Source of the DNA: Nitrososphaera sp.
Lineage (GTDB): Archaea > Thermoproteota > EX4484-205 > JAAOZO01
Direction of reading: 5' to 3'
DNA length: 64,000 bases
NCBI GenBank assembly: GCA_039793485.1
Contig: JBAMLO010000049.1
Span: forward strand, 4,157 to 68,156
A model generated the notes under the pieces. It saw only the letters and a list, made by a program, of their open reading frames with translations, made no database searches and was not told the DNA's origin. A program made the translations under genes and the position numbers. Every line of letters starts with the position of its first letter. Positions within the stretch are counted from its first letter, which is position 1. This document shows, one piece after another, positions 37,956 through 48,228 of this stretch.

Positions 37956-39990
37956 AACTGAATCTATAACTGTTCTTTTCTCAAACTTCATTAGAAGCTT
38001 TTCTGACAACGAGGGTAAGTTTAAGTACTTGGATGCAATAATAAGTATGCCAATAAACTTAGAAAAATCTATAGTAGTAAGCTTTGAAGACATGCTCATT
38101 TTTGATAGTAAACTTTGTGAATTTTTAGAAAAGAATCCAAGTGAAGCAATAAAGCAGTTTGAAGAAGCTGCTTTAATGATTTTAGCTGAGCATGATGCTG
38201 AGTATGCAAAGAAGATAAGAAAAGTCAGAGTTAGAATAAGCGGCTACCCACAATCCGTAACAATAAGAGACCTTAATTCTTCTTTCATAGGAAAAATTGT
38301 TAAAATAGAAGGCGTCGTTGTTAGACAGTCCCAAGTAAAAACACAACTTGTTGAAGGAACTTTCAGGTGTTTGAATTGTGGAACTCTCATTTCGGTCGAG
38401 CAAAATTCTCAAAGTTTAACTCTTCCAAAGGCTTGTCCTGCCTGCAACGCTAACAACCCAAGTAATTTTGAGCTTGATCCCTCTAAGTCCGTGTTTGACG
38501 ACTTTCAAATGATTTCTATTCAAGAAAAACCAGAGTCTTTGCCAGCAGGACAAATTCCTCAAACTATTGACCTTAACTTAACTGGAGACCTAACAAATAA
38601 GGTCAGACCTGGCGATAGAGTTAAGTTAACTGGGATAGTTGGGATTCGTTACGCTAAGTCTGCGTTTGGTAAACCTAAGTCAAAGATATTTGAACTCTCA
38701 CTAGAAGTTAACAATGTTGAAATTGAAACAGAGGAAAGTTCAGACTTAGTATTAAGCGAAGAGTTAATTGAAAAATTCAAGAAAGATGTCAAGGATCCTC
38801 TTTTCTATAGAAAGCTGGTTTCTTCCATTGCTCCCTCAATACATGGTCTTGCTCACATTAAGGAGGCTATACTCCTGCAACTAGTAGGCGGAGTACCTAA
38901 GCAATTTAAAGATGGAATTAGAGTTCGTGGAGACATAAACATTTTACTTGTTGGAGACCCTGGAACTGGAAAGTCGCAACTCTTGAAGTACGCTCAAAGA
39001 ATTGCACCACGTGGTTTGTATACTTCTGGCAGAGGTGCCACAGCAGCTGGACTGACGGCAGCAGCGGTAAGAGATGAAAGTGGCACGTTCATGCTAGAAG
39101 CGGGTGCCTTAGTGCTCGCCGATAAGGGTTTAGCAGCTATCGATGAGTTTGAGAAAATGAGAGAGGAAGATCGAGTAGCAATTCATGAAGCTTTAGAACA
39201 ACAAACATGTAGTATTGCGAAAGGAGGAATAGTGGCTACTCTAAACGCTAGAACTGCAGTTCTAGCTGCAGCCAATCCTCAACTAGGGCGTTATGATCCC
39301 AATAGAAGCTTTTACGACAACATAAGCTTGTCAAGCACGATACTTTCAAGATTCGACCTTTATTTCATATTGAGAGATGTTCCAAATCCATCGGCTGATG
39401 AAGAGCTTGTCACTCATATTTTAGCGCAGCATCGTTACGAAGAAGCTGTAGAAGAGGAAATCTTTGATATCAACTACTTAAGGAAGTTCATCGCTTATGC
39501 AAAAACAATTGAACCAAAGCTTAGCAAAGAAGCAGAGGCAACTATTAAGGCATACTTCCTCTCCTTGAGAAGTGCAAGCACAAGCGCTTCACTTCAAATA
39601 ACCCCAAGGCAACTAGAATCTCTTATAAGGCTGAGTGAGGCTAGAGCTAAGCTGATGCTTAGGAACGAAGTTCTAAAAGAAGATGCTGAAGTAGCAATAA
39701 GGTTGTACAGAATTTCGATGGAGCAAGTTGGAATTGACATGGAAACAGGACAAATAGACGTGGATGCCATAACTGGTAAGCCTCGTTCAACAAGAGAAAA
39801 AATGTCTACAATAATGTCAATCTGCGACCAACTTGAAAGCGAGTTTGGTTCTGCCTCGATAGAAGAAGTTCTAAAGAGGTGTGAAGAAAAAGGAATAGAC
39901 AAAAATGATGCGAGACGTTTAATAAACCAGCTTTTGAGAGATGGCGTGTTTTACTCTCCTGACGACAAATCGCTGAAAAGAGTTAGGTGA
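37936..39990 (+). CDS. mcm: MCM replicative helicase
   Basis: Zn finger CxxC..CxxC, GDPGTGKSQ, IDEFEKM, SRFD arginine finger, TPRQLES. Confidence 0.97.
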   Translation: MELEQDKTESITVLFSNFIRSFSDNEGKFKYLDAIISMPINLEKSIVVSFEDMLIFDSKLCEFLEKNPSEAIKQFEEAALMILAEHDAEYAKKIRKVRVRISGYPQSVTIRDLNSSFIGKIVKIEGVVVRQSQVKTQLVEGTFRCLNCGTLISVEQNSQSLTLPKACPACNANNPSNFELDPSKSVFDDFQMISIQEKPESLPAGQIPQTIDLNLTGDLTNKVRPGDRVKLTGIVGIRYAKSAFGKPKSKIFELSLEVNNVEIETEESSDLVLSEELIEKFKKDVKDPLFYRKLVSSIAPSIHGLAHIKEAILLQLVGGVPKQFKDGIRVRGDINILLVGDPGTGKSQLLKYAQRIAPRGLYTSGRGATAAGLTAAAVRDESGTFMLEAGALVLADKGLAAIDEFEKMREEDRVAIHEALEQQTCSIAKGGIVATLNARTAVLAAANPQLGRYDPNRSFYDNISLSSTILSRFDLYFILRDVPNPSADEELVTHILAQHRYEEAVEEEIFDINYLRKFIAYAKTIEPKLSKEAEATIKAYFLSLRSASTSASLQITPRQLESLIRLSEARAKLMLRNEVLKEDAEVAIRLYRISMEQVGIDMETGQIDVDAITGKPRSTREKMSTIMSICDQLESEFGSASIEEVLKRCEEKGIDKNDARRLINQLLRDGVFYSPDDKSLKRVR

Positions 39991-42194
39991 AATTTTTGAG
40001 AGTAGAAGACCTTGAAATACCAGAAGAGGTAAAAGCTTCGCTAAGAGAGCTTGGCTTTAGTACGCTTTATCCTGTTCAGGAGCAGTCAATTAAAGGTGGC
40101 CTGTTGGAAGGGCGAAATCTTTTAATTTCTGCACCCACTGCATCAGGAAAAACTTTAGTTCCGATTATCGCAGCCGCTAATAAAGTTTACAACAATGAAG
40201 GAAAAGTTGTTTACTTAGTGCCATTGAAGGCACTCGCAAACGAAAAGTTCGAAGAATTTAATTCTGCGCTAAAAATAAAAAAGAAGGATGGTTCAAAGAT
40301 TAAGGTTGGAATAAGTACTAGTGATTTTTATTCAACTGGAGAAGAACTTAGAAAGTTCGACGTAATCATTGCAACTTATGAAAAAATGGATTCTTTGATT
40401 AGACATAAGCCATCTTGGTTAAGGAACATATCCTTACTAACGTTCGATGAGATTCACTTAATAGGTTCTGCAGATCGAGGTCCCGTTGTTGAAATGATCT
40501 TAACTTGGCTAAAAGAAATTTCTCCCAATTCTCAGAACATTGCTTTAAGCGCAACAGTAACAAATGCCAAAAAAATTGCTGAGTGGCTTAACGCAAAACT
40601 AGTTCAAAGCGACTGGAGACCAGTTCCGCTTAAGGAAGGAGTATTCTTCTCCAACAGTATTGTTCTTGAGGATGAAACCATTCAAGTGAACAACGTCTTT
40701 GGAGATGAACTCCAAGATTTAGCAAATCATGCAATAAAAGACAGCAGAGGCCAAATTCTCTTTTTTGTTCCAACGCGAAAAAGAGCAGTAGCCCTAGCTA
40801 GGAAGCTTTCTCCAGTATCGTCGCTAGCCTTAAGCAAAAATGAAAAGGCAATTCTCGAAAAAATTTCTTCTGAACTTCTTTCGATTGAAGATTTAACTCC
40901 AGTAGGTTCTGAGCTTGCCAACTTGGTGAAGAAAGGCGCCGCATTTCATCATGCTGGGCTTACTTCATTTCAGAGGAGAAAAATTGAAGAAGCTTTTAAG
41001 AAGCACTACATCAAGATTTTAGTTGCAACCCCAACTCTAGCTGCTGGAGTTAACTTGCCTGCTAGGTATGTTTGTATAACTTCTTTAGAAAGGTACTCTC
41101 AAGAAGTTGGGTACCAGCAAATACCTATTTTAGAGTACAAGCAAATGGCAGGTAGAGCTGGAAGGCCTCAGTTTGACGATGTTGGTTATTCTTTGATATA
41201 TGCTAGAAAGCAAGAAGATATCGACTATTTTGTAGACAACTACATCAAGGCAAAGCCTGAGCCAATAAGGTCAAACCTCACATTGTCTAGCTATCTTTCT
41301 TCTGCCGTTCTCTCAACTATAGTTGTTGGACTAGCTTCAGATGAAGTTGAACTTGAAGAGGTATTTGAGAAAACTTTTCTAGCAAAACAAACAACTCCGC
41401 AATTAATTAAATACAAAGTAATGCAATCCTTAGACTACTTGATGAAAAATGGCGCAGTTGTTCTTTCAAATGGGATAAAGGCAACTCCCCTAGGAAGAAG
41501 AATTGCTGAACTTTACGTGCTCCCAGAAACTGCCTTTTCTATATTGAATAAGCTTTCTTCTCTTCCACGAAAAGTTTCAGAGATTACACTCTTGCAAATT
41601 GTAGTTTCTACTCCTGATATGCATCCCCTTCTCTCGTCTACTAGAAAGGATTTGCTGTGGATTGATAGTTTTATAAGCGAACATTACGATGAACTTTACT
41701 TCTTAGAAACGGAATCTGCAATTCAAGACCAACTGAAAACAATTAGGGCGATTGAGATGTGGATAAACGAGTACTCTTTAGACAAAATTTATGAAGAATT
41801 AGACCTTGAGCCTGGCGACTTGTATGCTTTAAACGAAAAAGCCACATGGCTTCTCTTTGCAGCTTCTGAGATTGCAAAGTGGTCGAAGTATCCGGAGCTC
41901 GTCAAGAACTTTGAGACACTGAGTATGAGAGTAAAGTATGGAGTGAAGAGCGAGCTATTAGACCTAGTAAGCCTAGAGGGCATCGGGCGGGTGAGGGCCA
42001 GAAATCTGTATAAACTTGGCATAAGGAGTAGGGAGGATATCGCTAAAACTCCATTTGATGAGCTTGTTAAAGTTCCTGGAATAGGTGCAAAATTAGCGTA
42101 TAAGATAAAGTCCCAAGTTGGAGGGCAAGTAAAAGAAGTGGGAACAAAAGAAGTTACACAAAAAAGTTTATTTGGCAACGAGAAAAATTATTAA
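39987..42194 (+). CDS. hel308: Hel308/Hjm Ski2-like DNA helicase
   Basis: APTASGKT, DEIH, SAT, HHAGL, QMAGRAGRP, C-terminal HhH (GIGRVRAR). Confidence 0.93.
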   Translation: MKFLRVEDLEIPEEVKASLRELGFSTLYPVQEQSIKGGLLEGRNLLISAPTASGKTLVPIIAAANKVYNNEGKVVYLVPLKALANEKFEEFNSALKIKKKDGSKIKVGISTSDFYSTGEELRKFDVIIATYEKMDSLIRHKPSWLRNISLLTFDEIHLIGSADRGPVVEMILTWLKEISPNSQNIALSATVTNAKKIAEWLNAKLVQSDWRPVPLKEGVFFSNSIVLEDETIQVNNVFGDELQDLANHAIKDSRGQILFFVPTRKRAVALARKLSPVSSLALSKNEKAILEKISSELLSIEDLTPVGSELANLVKKGAAFHHAGLTSFQRRKIEEAFKKHYIKILVATPTLAAGVNLPARYVCITSLERYSQEVGYQQIPILEYKQMAGRAGRPQFDDVGYSLIYARKQEDIDYFVDNYIKAKPEPIRSNLTLSSYLSSAVLSTIVVGLASDEVELEEVFEKTFLAKQTTPQLIKYKVMQSLDYLMKNGAVVLSNGIKATPLGRRIAELYVLPETAFSILNKLSSLPRKVSEITLLQIVVSTPDMHPLLSSTRKDLLWIDSFISEHYDELYFLETESAIQDQLKTIRAIEMWINEYSLDKIYEELDLEPGDLYALNEKATWLLFAASEIAKWSKYPELVKNFETLSMRVKYGVKSELLDLVSLEGIGRVRARNLYKLGIRSREDIAKTPFDELVKVPGIGAKLAYKIKSQVGGQVKEVGTKEVTQKSLFGNEKNY

Positions 42195-42220
42195 AGCACC
42201 TTTATCAGTGAACAAGAAGC

Positions 42221-42883
42221 ATGTCTAAGATAAAGTTAGTTGCTTTTGATTTGGATGGCACTTTAGTAGAAGAAAAAAGTAGCTGGAGAAAGGTTCATGA
42301 ATTTTTTGGGACTGAAGAGAAGAGCGACGAAGGCCTAAAACTTTATGTGGATGGAAAAATAAACTATGAACAATTTGTTGCTCATGACCTTAGTTTGTGG
42401 CCCAAGGGCATCTCCAAAAACGTCTTCAACTATGTGTTTAGTAAGATTCCTCTAAGTGAGGGAGCAAAAGAAGTTGTAACCGAAATTAAAAAGAGAGGTA
42501 AGTTAGTGGCAATCGTTAGCAGTGGCATAAGCTTGTTGGCTGAAAAAGTTTCAAAGGAACTTGGCGTTGACTTCTTTATTGCTAATGAAATTGTGTTCGA
42601 TGAAAAAGGTCGAAGTACTGGGTCTGGCATTGCCACTGTTGACCTAAATAAAAAGGATGAAGCCCTACTAAAAATACTTGAAAAAGTCAATATAAAACCA
42701 CAGGAAGTTCTTGGAGTTGGAGACTCTGAGTTTGACCTAAGCTTCTTAAAAGTTTGTGGATACTCAGTTTTGCTAAGAAAAAAAGACAGCCAAATGGGAA
42801 ACGAGAAGTATGGAGTAAACTTTGTCATAGATAGTTTGCACGAGCTAATAAAAGTTATAGACATCATAGAGAAAGATGAATAG
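42221..42883 (+). CDS. HAD-superfamily hydrolase, phosphoserine phosphatase-like
   Basis: FDLDGTL, SSW, VSSG, K, GDSEFD. Confidence 0.85.
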   Translation: MSKIKLVAFDLDGTLVEEKSSWRKVHEFFGTEEKSDEGLKLYVDGKINYEQFVAHDLSLWPKGISKNVFNYVFSKIPLSEGAKEVVTEIKKRGKLVAIVSSGISLLAEKVSKELGVDFFIANEIVFDEKGRSTGSGIATVDLNKKDEALLKILEKVNIKPQEVLGVGDSEFDLSFLKVCGYSVLLRKKDSQMGNEKYGVNFVIDSLHELIKVIDIIEKDE

Positions 42884-42963
42884 TTGAAAAACTAACTCTT
42901 ATTTTTTGTTTTACTAAGTAACAATACTTTTATAATGTTTTTGCTAGCTATGTGTAGAAACAA

Positions 42964-43689
42964 ATGAACGAAATAGTAAATAAGATGTTGTATAGATCAA
43001 AAGAAACTTCTTCAAGAATAATCTTGGCCTTCGACCTAGATAGCGTAGAAGATTACGAAAGAGGGAAGAACCTCTTAAATCTGGTTGAGCCTTACTTAGT
43101 AGGCGTAAAATTTGGTTATCCTACGATATTGTCTTTTGGATTAGAAAGAATAAAAGAAGTAATTCTCTTGTTAAGAGAAAGAGGTCTCGTTTCAATAGCT
43201 GATGCTAAAATTGCAGACGTAAGTCATACCAACTCAAAAATTGCAAGAATACTGTTTAGGAATGGATTTGACGCTGTAATTGCTCATGGCTTTATGGGAT
43301 TCAAAGGGTCTTTAGATGGGCTGTCAAGAACTGTTAAAGAAGAAAACAAAGCCCTCTTCGTTTTAGCTACGATGTCTAATGAAGGAGCTTCAGTAATAAT
43401 GGACAAAGTTGTTGAGCAAATAATTAGTGAGTCTTTGTTAGCTGAACCCTCTGGTTTTGTAGTTCCTGCAACTAGGCCTGCTATGATCAAGAAGGTGAAA
43501 GAACTTTTGCCAATGAGCAACGAGCTTGTTCTCTTAAGCCCTGGAGTTGGTGCACAAGGAGCGCCATACGGTTCTGCAATAGCTAATGGTGCACACTTTG
43601 AAATAATTGGACGTTCTATCTATGAGTCTGCTAAGCCTCTTGAAGAAGTTAAGAAGATTATATTAGAACAAAAGAAGTTTTATTCCTAA
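42964..43689 (+). CDS. pyrF: Orotidine-5'-phosphate decarboxylase
   Basis: ILAFD, DAKIADV, PGVGAQG, IIGRSIY. Confidence 0.95.
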   Translation: MNEIVNKMLYRSKETSSRIILAFDLDSVEDYERGKNLLNLVEPYLVGVKFGYPTILSFGLERIKEVILLLRERGLVSIADAKIADVSHTNSKIARILFRNGFDAVIAHGFMGFKGSLDGLSRTVKEENKALFVLATMSNEGASVIMDKVVEQIISESLLAEPSGFVVPATRPAMIKKVKELLPMSNELVLLSPGVGAQGAPYGSAIANGAHFEIIGRSIYESAKPLEEVKKIILEQKKFYS

Positions 43690-43694
43690 GTTAG

Positions 43695-43909
43695 CAAGAA
43701 GACCCCCATGCGTAAGCATGAAATAAGTTGCGAAAGCCCAAACAAACGTTGAGATACTAAAACGTAAGCATAGATAAACATTAGCGCAATAGAGTAACGA
43801 GCTCTATGAAGTGGCGGAGCTGTGAATCCCACAAATCAACAGGTGAAAGAAAGCGTAAAGCTTACCATAAACGCCGGAAGCCTTCTGAAATGAAGAAAAA
43901 GCAGTTCAC
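43695..43909 (+). mobile_element. Non-autonomous IS200/IS605-like miniature element, copy 2, between pyrF and pyrE
   Basis: Follows TTAG; starts CAAGAAGACCCCCATGCGTAAGCATG (hairpin CATGC-GTAA-GCATG); ends GCAGTTCAC; collinear with 32778-33021. Confidence 0.6.
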
Positions 43910-43961
43910 AAAAAGTAACTTCCAAGTTGAAAGAAAGGTTTTAAAGTAAAGAATCAAAGCT

Positions 43962-44558
43962 ATGCTCATGAATTTTAAAGAAGAGTTACTTCTAGGAATA
44001 TGGGAAAAGAAACTAATAAAGTTTGGCGACTTCAAGTTAAGTTCTGGGCTTTCAAGCAACTACTACATTGACTTAAGACCTTTACCTTCTTATCCACGCT
44101 TGTTGAAACTTGCAGTACTTGGACTTAAAGAAGCACTAAGAGAAGAGCTATCTCAAGACGTTGGCATCGCAACTATTGAACTTTCAGGCATTCCTTTAGC
44201 TACCGCACTTGCTTATGCCGTTGAAAAGCCGCTAATTTATGTTAGAAAGAAACAAAAAGACCATGGCACAAAAAGTCTAGTAGAGGGCGACTTAAGCTCA
44301 GCAAGAGAGTTTGTAGTTGTTGACGATGTGCTGACTACAGGCTCAAGCGTACTACAGGTTGTAAGTGAGCTAAGGAGCAATGGCGCTTCTGTTAAAACAG
44401 CTGCTGTTGTATTCGATAGACTTCAGGGAGGAGAAGAAAACCTGCTTAAAAACAATGTAAGATTAAGGAAGGTCTTTGACATAGGAGAAGCAGCAGTAAT
44501 GCTAAAGCAAAAAGGACTTATATCTCAAGATGAACTCAACAAAATCCTAAAAGTCTAA
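43962..44558 (+). CDS. pyrE: Orotate phosphoribosyltransferase
   Basis: FKLSSG..S.YYIDLR, RK..K.HG, VVDDVLTTGSS. Confidence 0.95.
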   Translation: MLMNFKEELLLGIWEKKLIKFGDFKLSSGLSSNYYIDLRPLPSYPRLLKLAVLGLKEALREELSQDVGIATIELSGIPLATALAYAVEKPLIYVRKKQKDHGTKSLVEGDLSSAREFVVVDDVLTTGSSVLQVVSELRSNGASVKTAAVVFDRLQGGEENLLKNNVRLRKVFDIGEAAVMLKQKGLISQDELNKILKV

Positions 44559-44559
44559 C

Positions 44560-45219
44560 TTATATTTTAAGAAGCTTAAGTTGTCTTAAGCTAAGTTTGT
44601 CTATTGTTTTCCAACTCCACCTAACAAAGTCATACTTTCTCCCATCTTTTGATATAATCTCCTTCAAAAACTCTCTAGTTCTTCTGTCTGAAGGATATCC
44701 ACTTCCAAAGAAGCCATACTTCTTTGCTATTTTTCTCACTGCTTTATCTCTTTCAACTTTTGCAACGATTGAAGCACAAGCAACCTCTACCCATTTGTCC
44801 TCAGCTTTGTTGGCAGAAATTACTTTTATGTTATTGTTTCTTAGGATCTTTTCTATCATGAGCTTAAAAGTCTCAGGCTTTGAGTACGGCGAATCAACGT
44901 AGGCTATGTCTGGAGCTAGTTGCATTATGTGCTTAGAAATTATCTTAGCCTCTAGGTAGTTTAGCGTTTTCATTTTTATCCTTTTCCATACGTAAGAATC
45001 TATAACTTTTGGCTTTAGGTAAGAGACTTTGTAGCTAACGCAGTTCTTTTTTATTATCTTGCTAAGGACCTCTCTCCTCTTCGGAGATAGCTTCTTAGAG
45101 TCTTTTACTCCAATTTCTTTAAATTTTTCTTCGTCTTCTTGATCCAGCACTACTGTGGCTACGACGAGTGGTCCTATTACACTTCCCCTTCCAGCTTCAT
45201 CACTCCCCGAAGCTATCAA
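44560..45219 (-). CDS. rnhB: Ribonuclease HII
   Basis: DEAGRG.V.GP, DSKKL, ASIVAKV.RD, GSGYPSD. Confidence 0.95.
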   Translation of the reverse strand: MIASGSDEAGRGSVIGPLVVATVVLDQEDEEKFKEIGVKDSKKLSPKRREVLSKIIKKNCVSYKVSYLKPKVIDSYVWKRIKMKTLNYLEAKIISKHIMQLAPDIAYVDSPYSKPETFKLMIEKILRNNNIKVISANKAEDKWVEVACASIVAKVERDKAVRKIAKKYGFFGSGYPSDRRTREFLKEIISKDGRKYDFVRWSWKTIDKLSLRQLKLLKI

Positions 45220-45879
45220 CTACTTCCACCTACATACTACCATCTCGTGAGCCCTGTCAAACGGTTCTAGGTCTACTCTTTCTATTAGTTTAAAGCCAAG
45301 TTTTTCCATCTTTTTTATTTCTTCGTCTACTACTACATGAGGATCTTTTGTTGAGTCTATGCTGCTTGCCTTTATTGCTACGCATGCTATTCCTCTAGGC
45401 TTTAAATAGGCAAGAGCATTACTGTAAACTATGTCCGTTTGGTCTGGTTGCGCAACATCAGCGTAAATTAAGTCAACGTTCTCCACTAGGTAGCAATAGC
45501 TAAATGGCTTTCTTGCATCTGCAAGTATTGGGACTACGTTTGTTCTTCTTTTTGCAACTTTCTCAACTAAGTCTCTCATTGGTCTGAAAGCAACCTCAAC
45601 AGCATATATAGCACCATTTTTGGCTACATCGGAGACATGACTAACTGTTGTTCCGTTTGCTGCTCCCAAGTAAAGTATCTTAGAATCCTCTTTTATTGGA
45701 AAGTTTTTCAAGCCTTTCTTTATGGCGGCTGAGATCTTACTTCTGTAGGGATCCCAAACTCTGTACTCTTTTGACTCTACTTTAATCAGCTCTTCACCAT
45801 AAACAGAAAATCCTGGAACTAAGTTAAGGGTAAGAATTTTTTCATTTTCCTCAAAAACATTCTTGAAAATTTCTCTCAT
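45220..45879 (-). CDS. flpA: Fibrillarin 2'-O-methyltransferase
   Basis: YRVWDPYRSK, LYLGAA.GTT.SHVSD, DVAQPDQ. Confidence 0.95.
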   Translation of the reverse strand: MREIFKNVFEENEKILTLNLVPGFSVYGEELIKVESKEYRVWDPYRSKISAAIKKGLKNFPIKEDSKILYLGAANGTTVSHVSDVAKNGAIYAVEVAFRPMRDLVEKVAKRRTNVVPILADARKPFSYCYLVENVDLIYADVAQPDQTDIVYSNALAYLKPRGIACVAIKASSIDSTKDPHVVVDEEIKKMEKLGFKLIERVDLEPFDRAHEMVVCRWK

Positions 45880-45883
45880 TATG

Positions 45884-46975
45884 CTACGCCTCCATCTTCA
45901 CTCCAATTTTTTTCAGTTTTTCTTTTAGTTCGGATTTTAATTTTTGACTAGAATCAACTCCAGAGAATGCATCAAACCTTGCAGCCATTACAATCTTGCT
46001 GGCTAGTGTTCTTGCTACCTTACCTCTTAGCTTCCTTGGAGCATTGTGAACTAGTGGATGCTGAAATATCATTCCATGCTTTGGAGGTTTGCTTCCTTCT
46101 TTTATTGCTCTAAATAAAGCCTTCTCTGCTCCTATAACTTGCACTGTAGAGGAAGGCATCTTAGCCAGTTCAACTAGTCCTCCTGCCTTTGTAATCAGCT
46201 TTGCAGCTAGCACTGGACCTGCAACTTCTGATAAGTTGGGTGCTATTTCTTTAGCTATTTCTGTAATTCTTTCGGTTAACTTATCTTTAAGCTTGTAAAG
46301 TGCTCTTACACCTTTTGCGTACTCGTAAATCGTTTCTTCGCTTTCTTTTCTCATAGGAGCCCCTATTGACTTTTCTGCTGCTCTCACAACTTCTTTCCCA
46401 ACTTCCAAGCGTTTACTATCTTTTTTTGTACTTAAAAGCAACTCTCTTGAAGGATACTCTGTAAGAAAACTTACATACTTTTCAGGGTTCCTTAAAACTC
46501 TCCTAAGTTCCGGAAAGAAGAGGTCGTTTAAATCCTGAAGTTTTTCTGTAAGTTCATTGATTGCTCCATTTATGCTTTCATAGGCGTTTACTAGAGCTAT
46601 TAGCTCCTTATCAAGCCTGGCAGAGTCTTCAGAGATTCTTTTACTTGTTATCTCCAGGGCAATTTCCCTATACTTGCTCAGGTAGTCTTTTACTCCAAAA
46701 AGTTCAGAAATTTTTTGCATGTTTTCTCTTACCCACCTACCCCCCCTAGAGGGTTGCTCGAGAATTGCCTTACCGTTTGCTTGCTCGATAACTTTCTTTA
46801 AGTTCTCGTCTTCAACAACGAACGTTGTGTCTGGGTGCTTTCTTACAAGATCTTCAAAGAGGCTTTGTTTTTGAAAATCTTTCTCGCTTTCTAAGGGAAA
46901 GACGTCCTCGACTTCTAAATTGCTGTTTAAGGTTATTATTCCAAGAGCTGTAGTTACTACGAAGACATTTTCCAT
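45884..46975 (-). CDS. nop5: Nop5 (Nop56/58) C/D RNP protein
   Basis: APNL..GP.LAA.L, PSSTVQVIGAEKALF, PKHG.IF, GK.AR. Confidence 0.93.
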   Translation of the reverse strand: MENVFVVTTALGIITLNSNLEVEDVFPLESEKDFQKQSLFEDLVRKHPDTTFVVEDENLKKVIEQANGKAILEQPSRGGRWVRENMQKISELFGVKDYLSKYREIALEITSKRISEDSARLDKELIALVNAYESINGAINELTEKLQDLNDLFFPELRRVLRNPEKYVSFLTEYPSRELLLSTKKDSKRLEVGKEVVRAAEKSIGAPMRKESEETIYEYAKGVRALYKLKDKLTERITEIAKEIAPNLSEVAGPVLAAKLITKAGGLVELAKMPSSTVQVIGAEKALFRAIKEGSKPPKHGMIFQHPLVHNAPRKLRGKVARTLASKIVMAARFDAFSGVDSSQKLKSELKEKLKKIGVKMEA

Positions 46976-47074
46976 CTCTCGGTCATTTCTTAATATTTTA
47001 CGGTGGGTATTTAAAGCATTAGAACGTTCGATAACTATTTATGGCGCCTAGCAAATAAAAACGAGCGAAGTTAA

Positions 47075-47464
47075 ATGGTTAAGGTTCTACTCGACTCAAG
47101 TGCGTTGATTTATTGCATTTCGGGCAAGACAAACTTTATTGTTGAGCTAGAAAACCTCCTAGATAAGGTTGATTTTTGTGTTACAGAAAGTACTGTTAAG
47201 GAACTTATCTTACTTTCAAAAATAAGAAGGGGTTCGCTAGCTTCTAGTGCAAAAAAAGCCCTAGAAATTGCAAAAAAAGCCAAAATTTTAAAGTCTGCAA
47301 GCGAAAACGTTGACGAAGACCTTCTAATAGTCGCGAAGAAAAGTAAAGCAATTGTTGCTACTTCGGACAAAAGTCTAAGGGAAAAACTAATAAAAAGTGG
47401 AGTAGCGGTCGCCTTCCCTACCAAAGGGAAAAGAATAAGAATAGATGGTTTTGTAGAGTTGTAG
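47075..47464 (+). CDS. PIN-domain protein (Fcf1/Utp24-like)
   Basis: VLLDSS, V..EL, VDE.LL, VATSD; usual position upstream of rpoE'. Confidence 0.8.
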   Translation: MVKVLLDSSALIYCISGKTNFIVELENLLDKVDFCVTESTVKELILLSKIRRGSLASSAKKALEIAKKAKILKSASENVDEDLLIVAKKSKAIVATSDKSLREKLIKSGVAVAFPTKGKRIRIDGFVEL

Positions 47465-47470
47465 GGGAAG

Positions 47471-48046
47471 TTGTTTAAGATAATAAAACTAGAAGATACG
47501 TTGAGAGTTCCTCCAGAACTTTATGGTAGGTCTGTTAAAGATGCCATAAGGAGCTTACTCGAGGAAAAGTACGAGGGAATGGTCTTTGAAGACCTTGGCT
47601 TCGTTCTCTCTGTTCTAGACTTTTCATTCAACCCAAAAGGCAAAGTAATGCCCGGCGACGGCGGTTCTTACCATAAGGTTACATTTACCGTTCTATCTTT
47701 TATGCCAGAAGTTCAAGAGGTTACCTTAGGAAAAGTAACAGAAGTTGAAGAGTACGGTGCTTTCGTAAGAATTGGCCCATTTGAAGCTCTCCTGCACGTT
47801 AGTTCTATAGTCGACGACTTCGTTGATTTTAACAAGTCTCAGGGTATCTTAGTTGGCAGAAAGACAAGGCGAGTTCTTTCGAGTGGAGATTGGGTTAGAG
47901 TTAGGATAACCGCAGTAAGTATTGGAGGTGCTGGCGGCGATAAAATTGGAGTGATGAGCAGGCAGCCCTTCTTAGGAAAAGAAGAATGGATACAAGAAGA
48001 CATAAAGAAGCTGGCAGCAGAAGCTAAAGCAAGTGAGCAAAAATGA
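47471..48046 (+). CDS. rpo7: RNA polymerase subunit Rpo7 (E')
   Basis: RVPP, PGDGG.Y, S1 domain GAFVRIGP..LLH.S, RQP.LGK. Confidence 0.95.
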   Translation: MFKIIKLEDTLRVPPELYGRSVKDAIRSLLEEKYEGMVFEDLGFVLSVLDFSFNPKGKVMPGDGGSYHKVTFTVLSFMPEVQEVTLGKVTEVEEYGAFVRIGPFEALLHVSSIVDDFVDFNKSQGILVGRKTRRVLSSGDWVRVRITAVSIGGAGGDKIGVMSRQPFLGKEEWIQEDIKKLAAEAKASEQK

Positions 48047-48228
48047 AGGAACATGCATGCATTAAGTGCAAGTTCATAACAACGGAAAGCGTTTGCCCAA
48101 ACTGTGGGTCAACAGAATTTTCAGAAAATTGGTCTGGGGTTGTCTACATAATAAAGCCAGAAGACTCTTACGTTGCAAAGCTCATAAACGCAAAAAAACC
48201 AGGCATGTATGCTATTAAAATAAGATGA
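48043..48228 (+). CDS. spt4: Transcription elongation factor Spt4 (RpoE'')
   Basis: AC..C..CP.CGS zinc ribbon, W.G, PG.YAIK. Confidence 0.95.
   Translation: MKEHACIKCKFITTESVCPNCGSTEFSENWSGVVYIIKPEDSYVAKLINAKKPGMYAIKIR

Noticed and set aside
36170-39990. Inteins in rfcS or mcm as the source of the LAGLIDADG gene
   Set aside because: Both proteins have normal length and uninterrupted motifs
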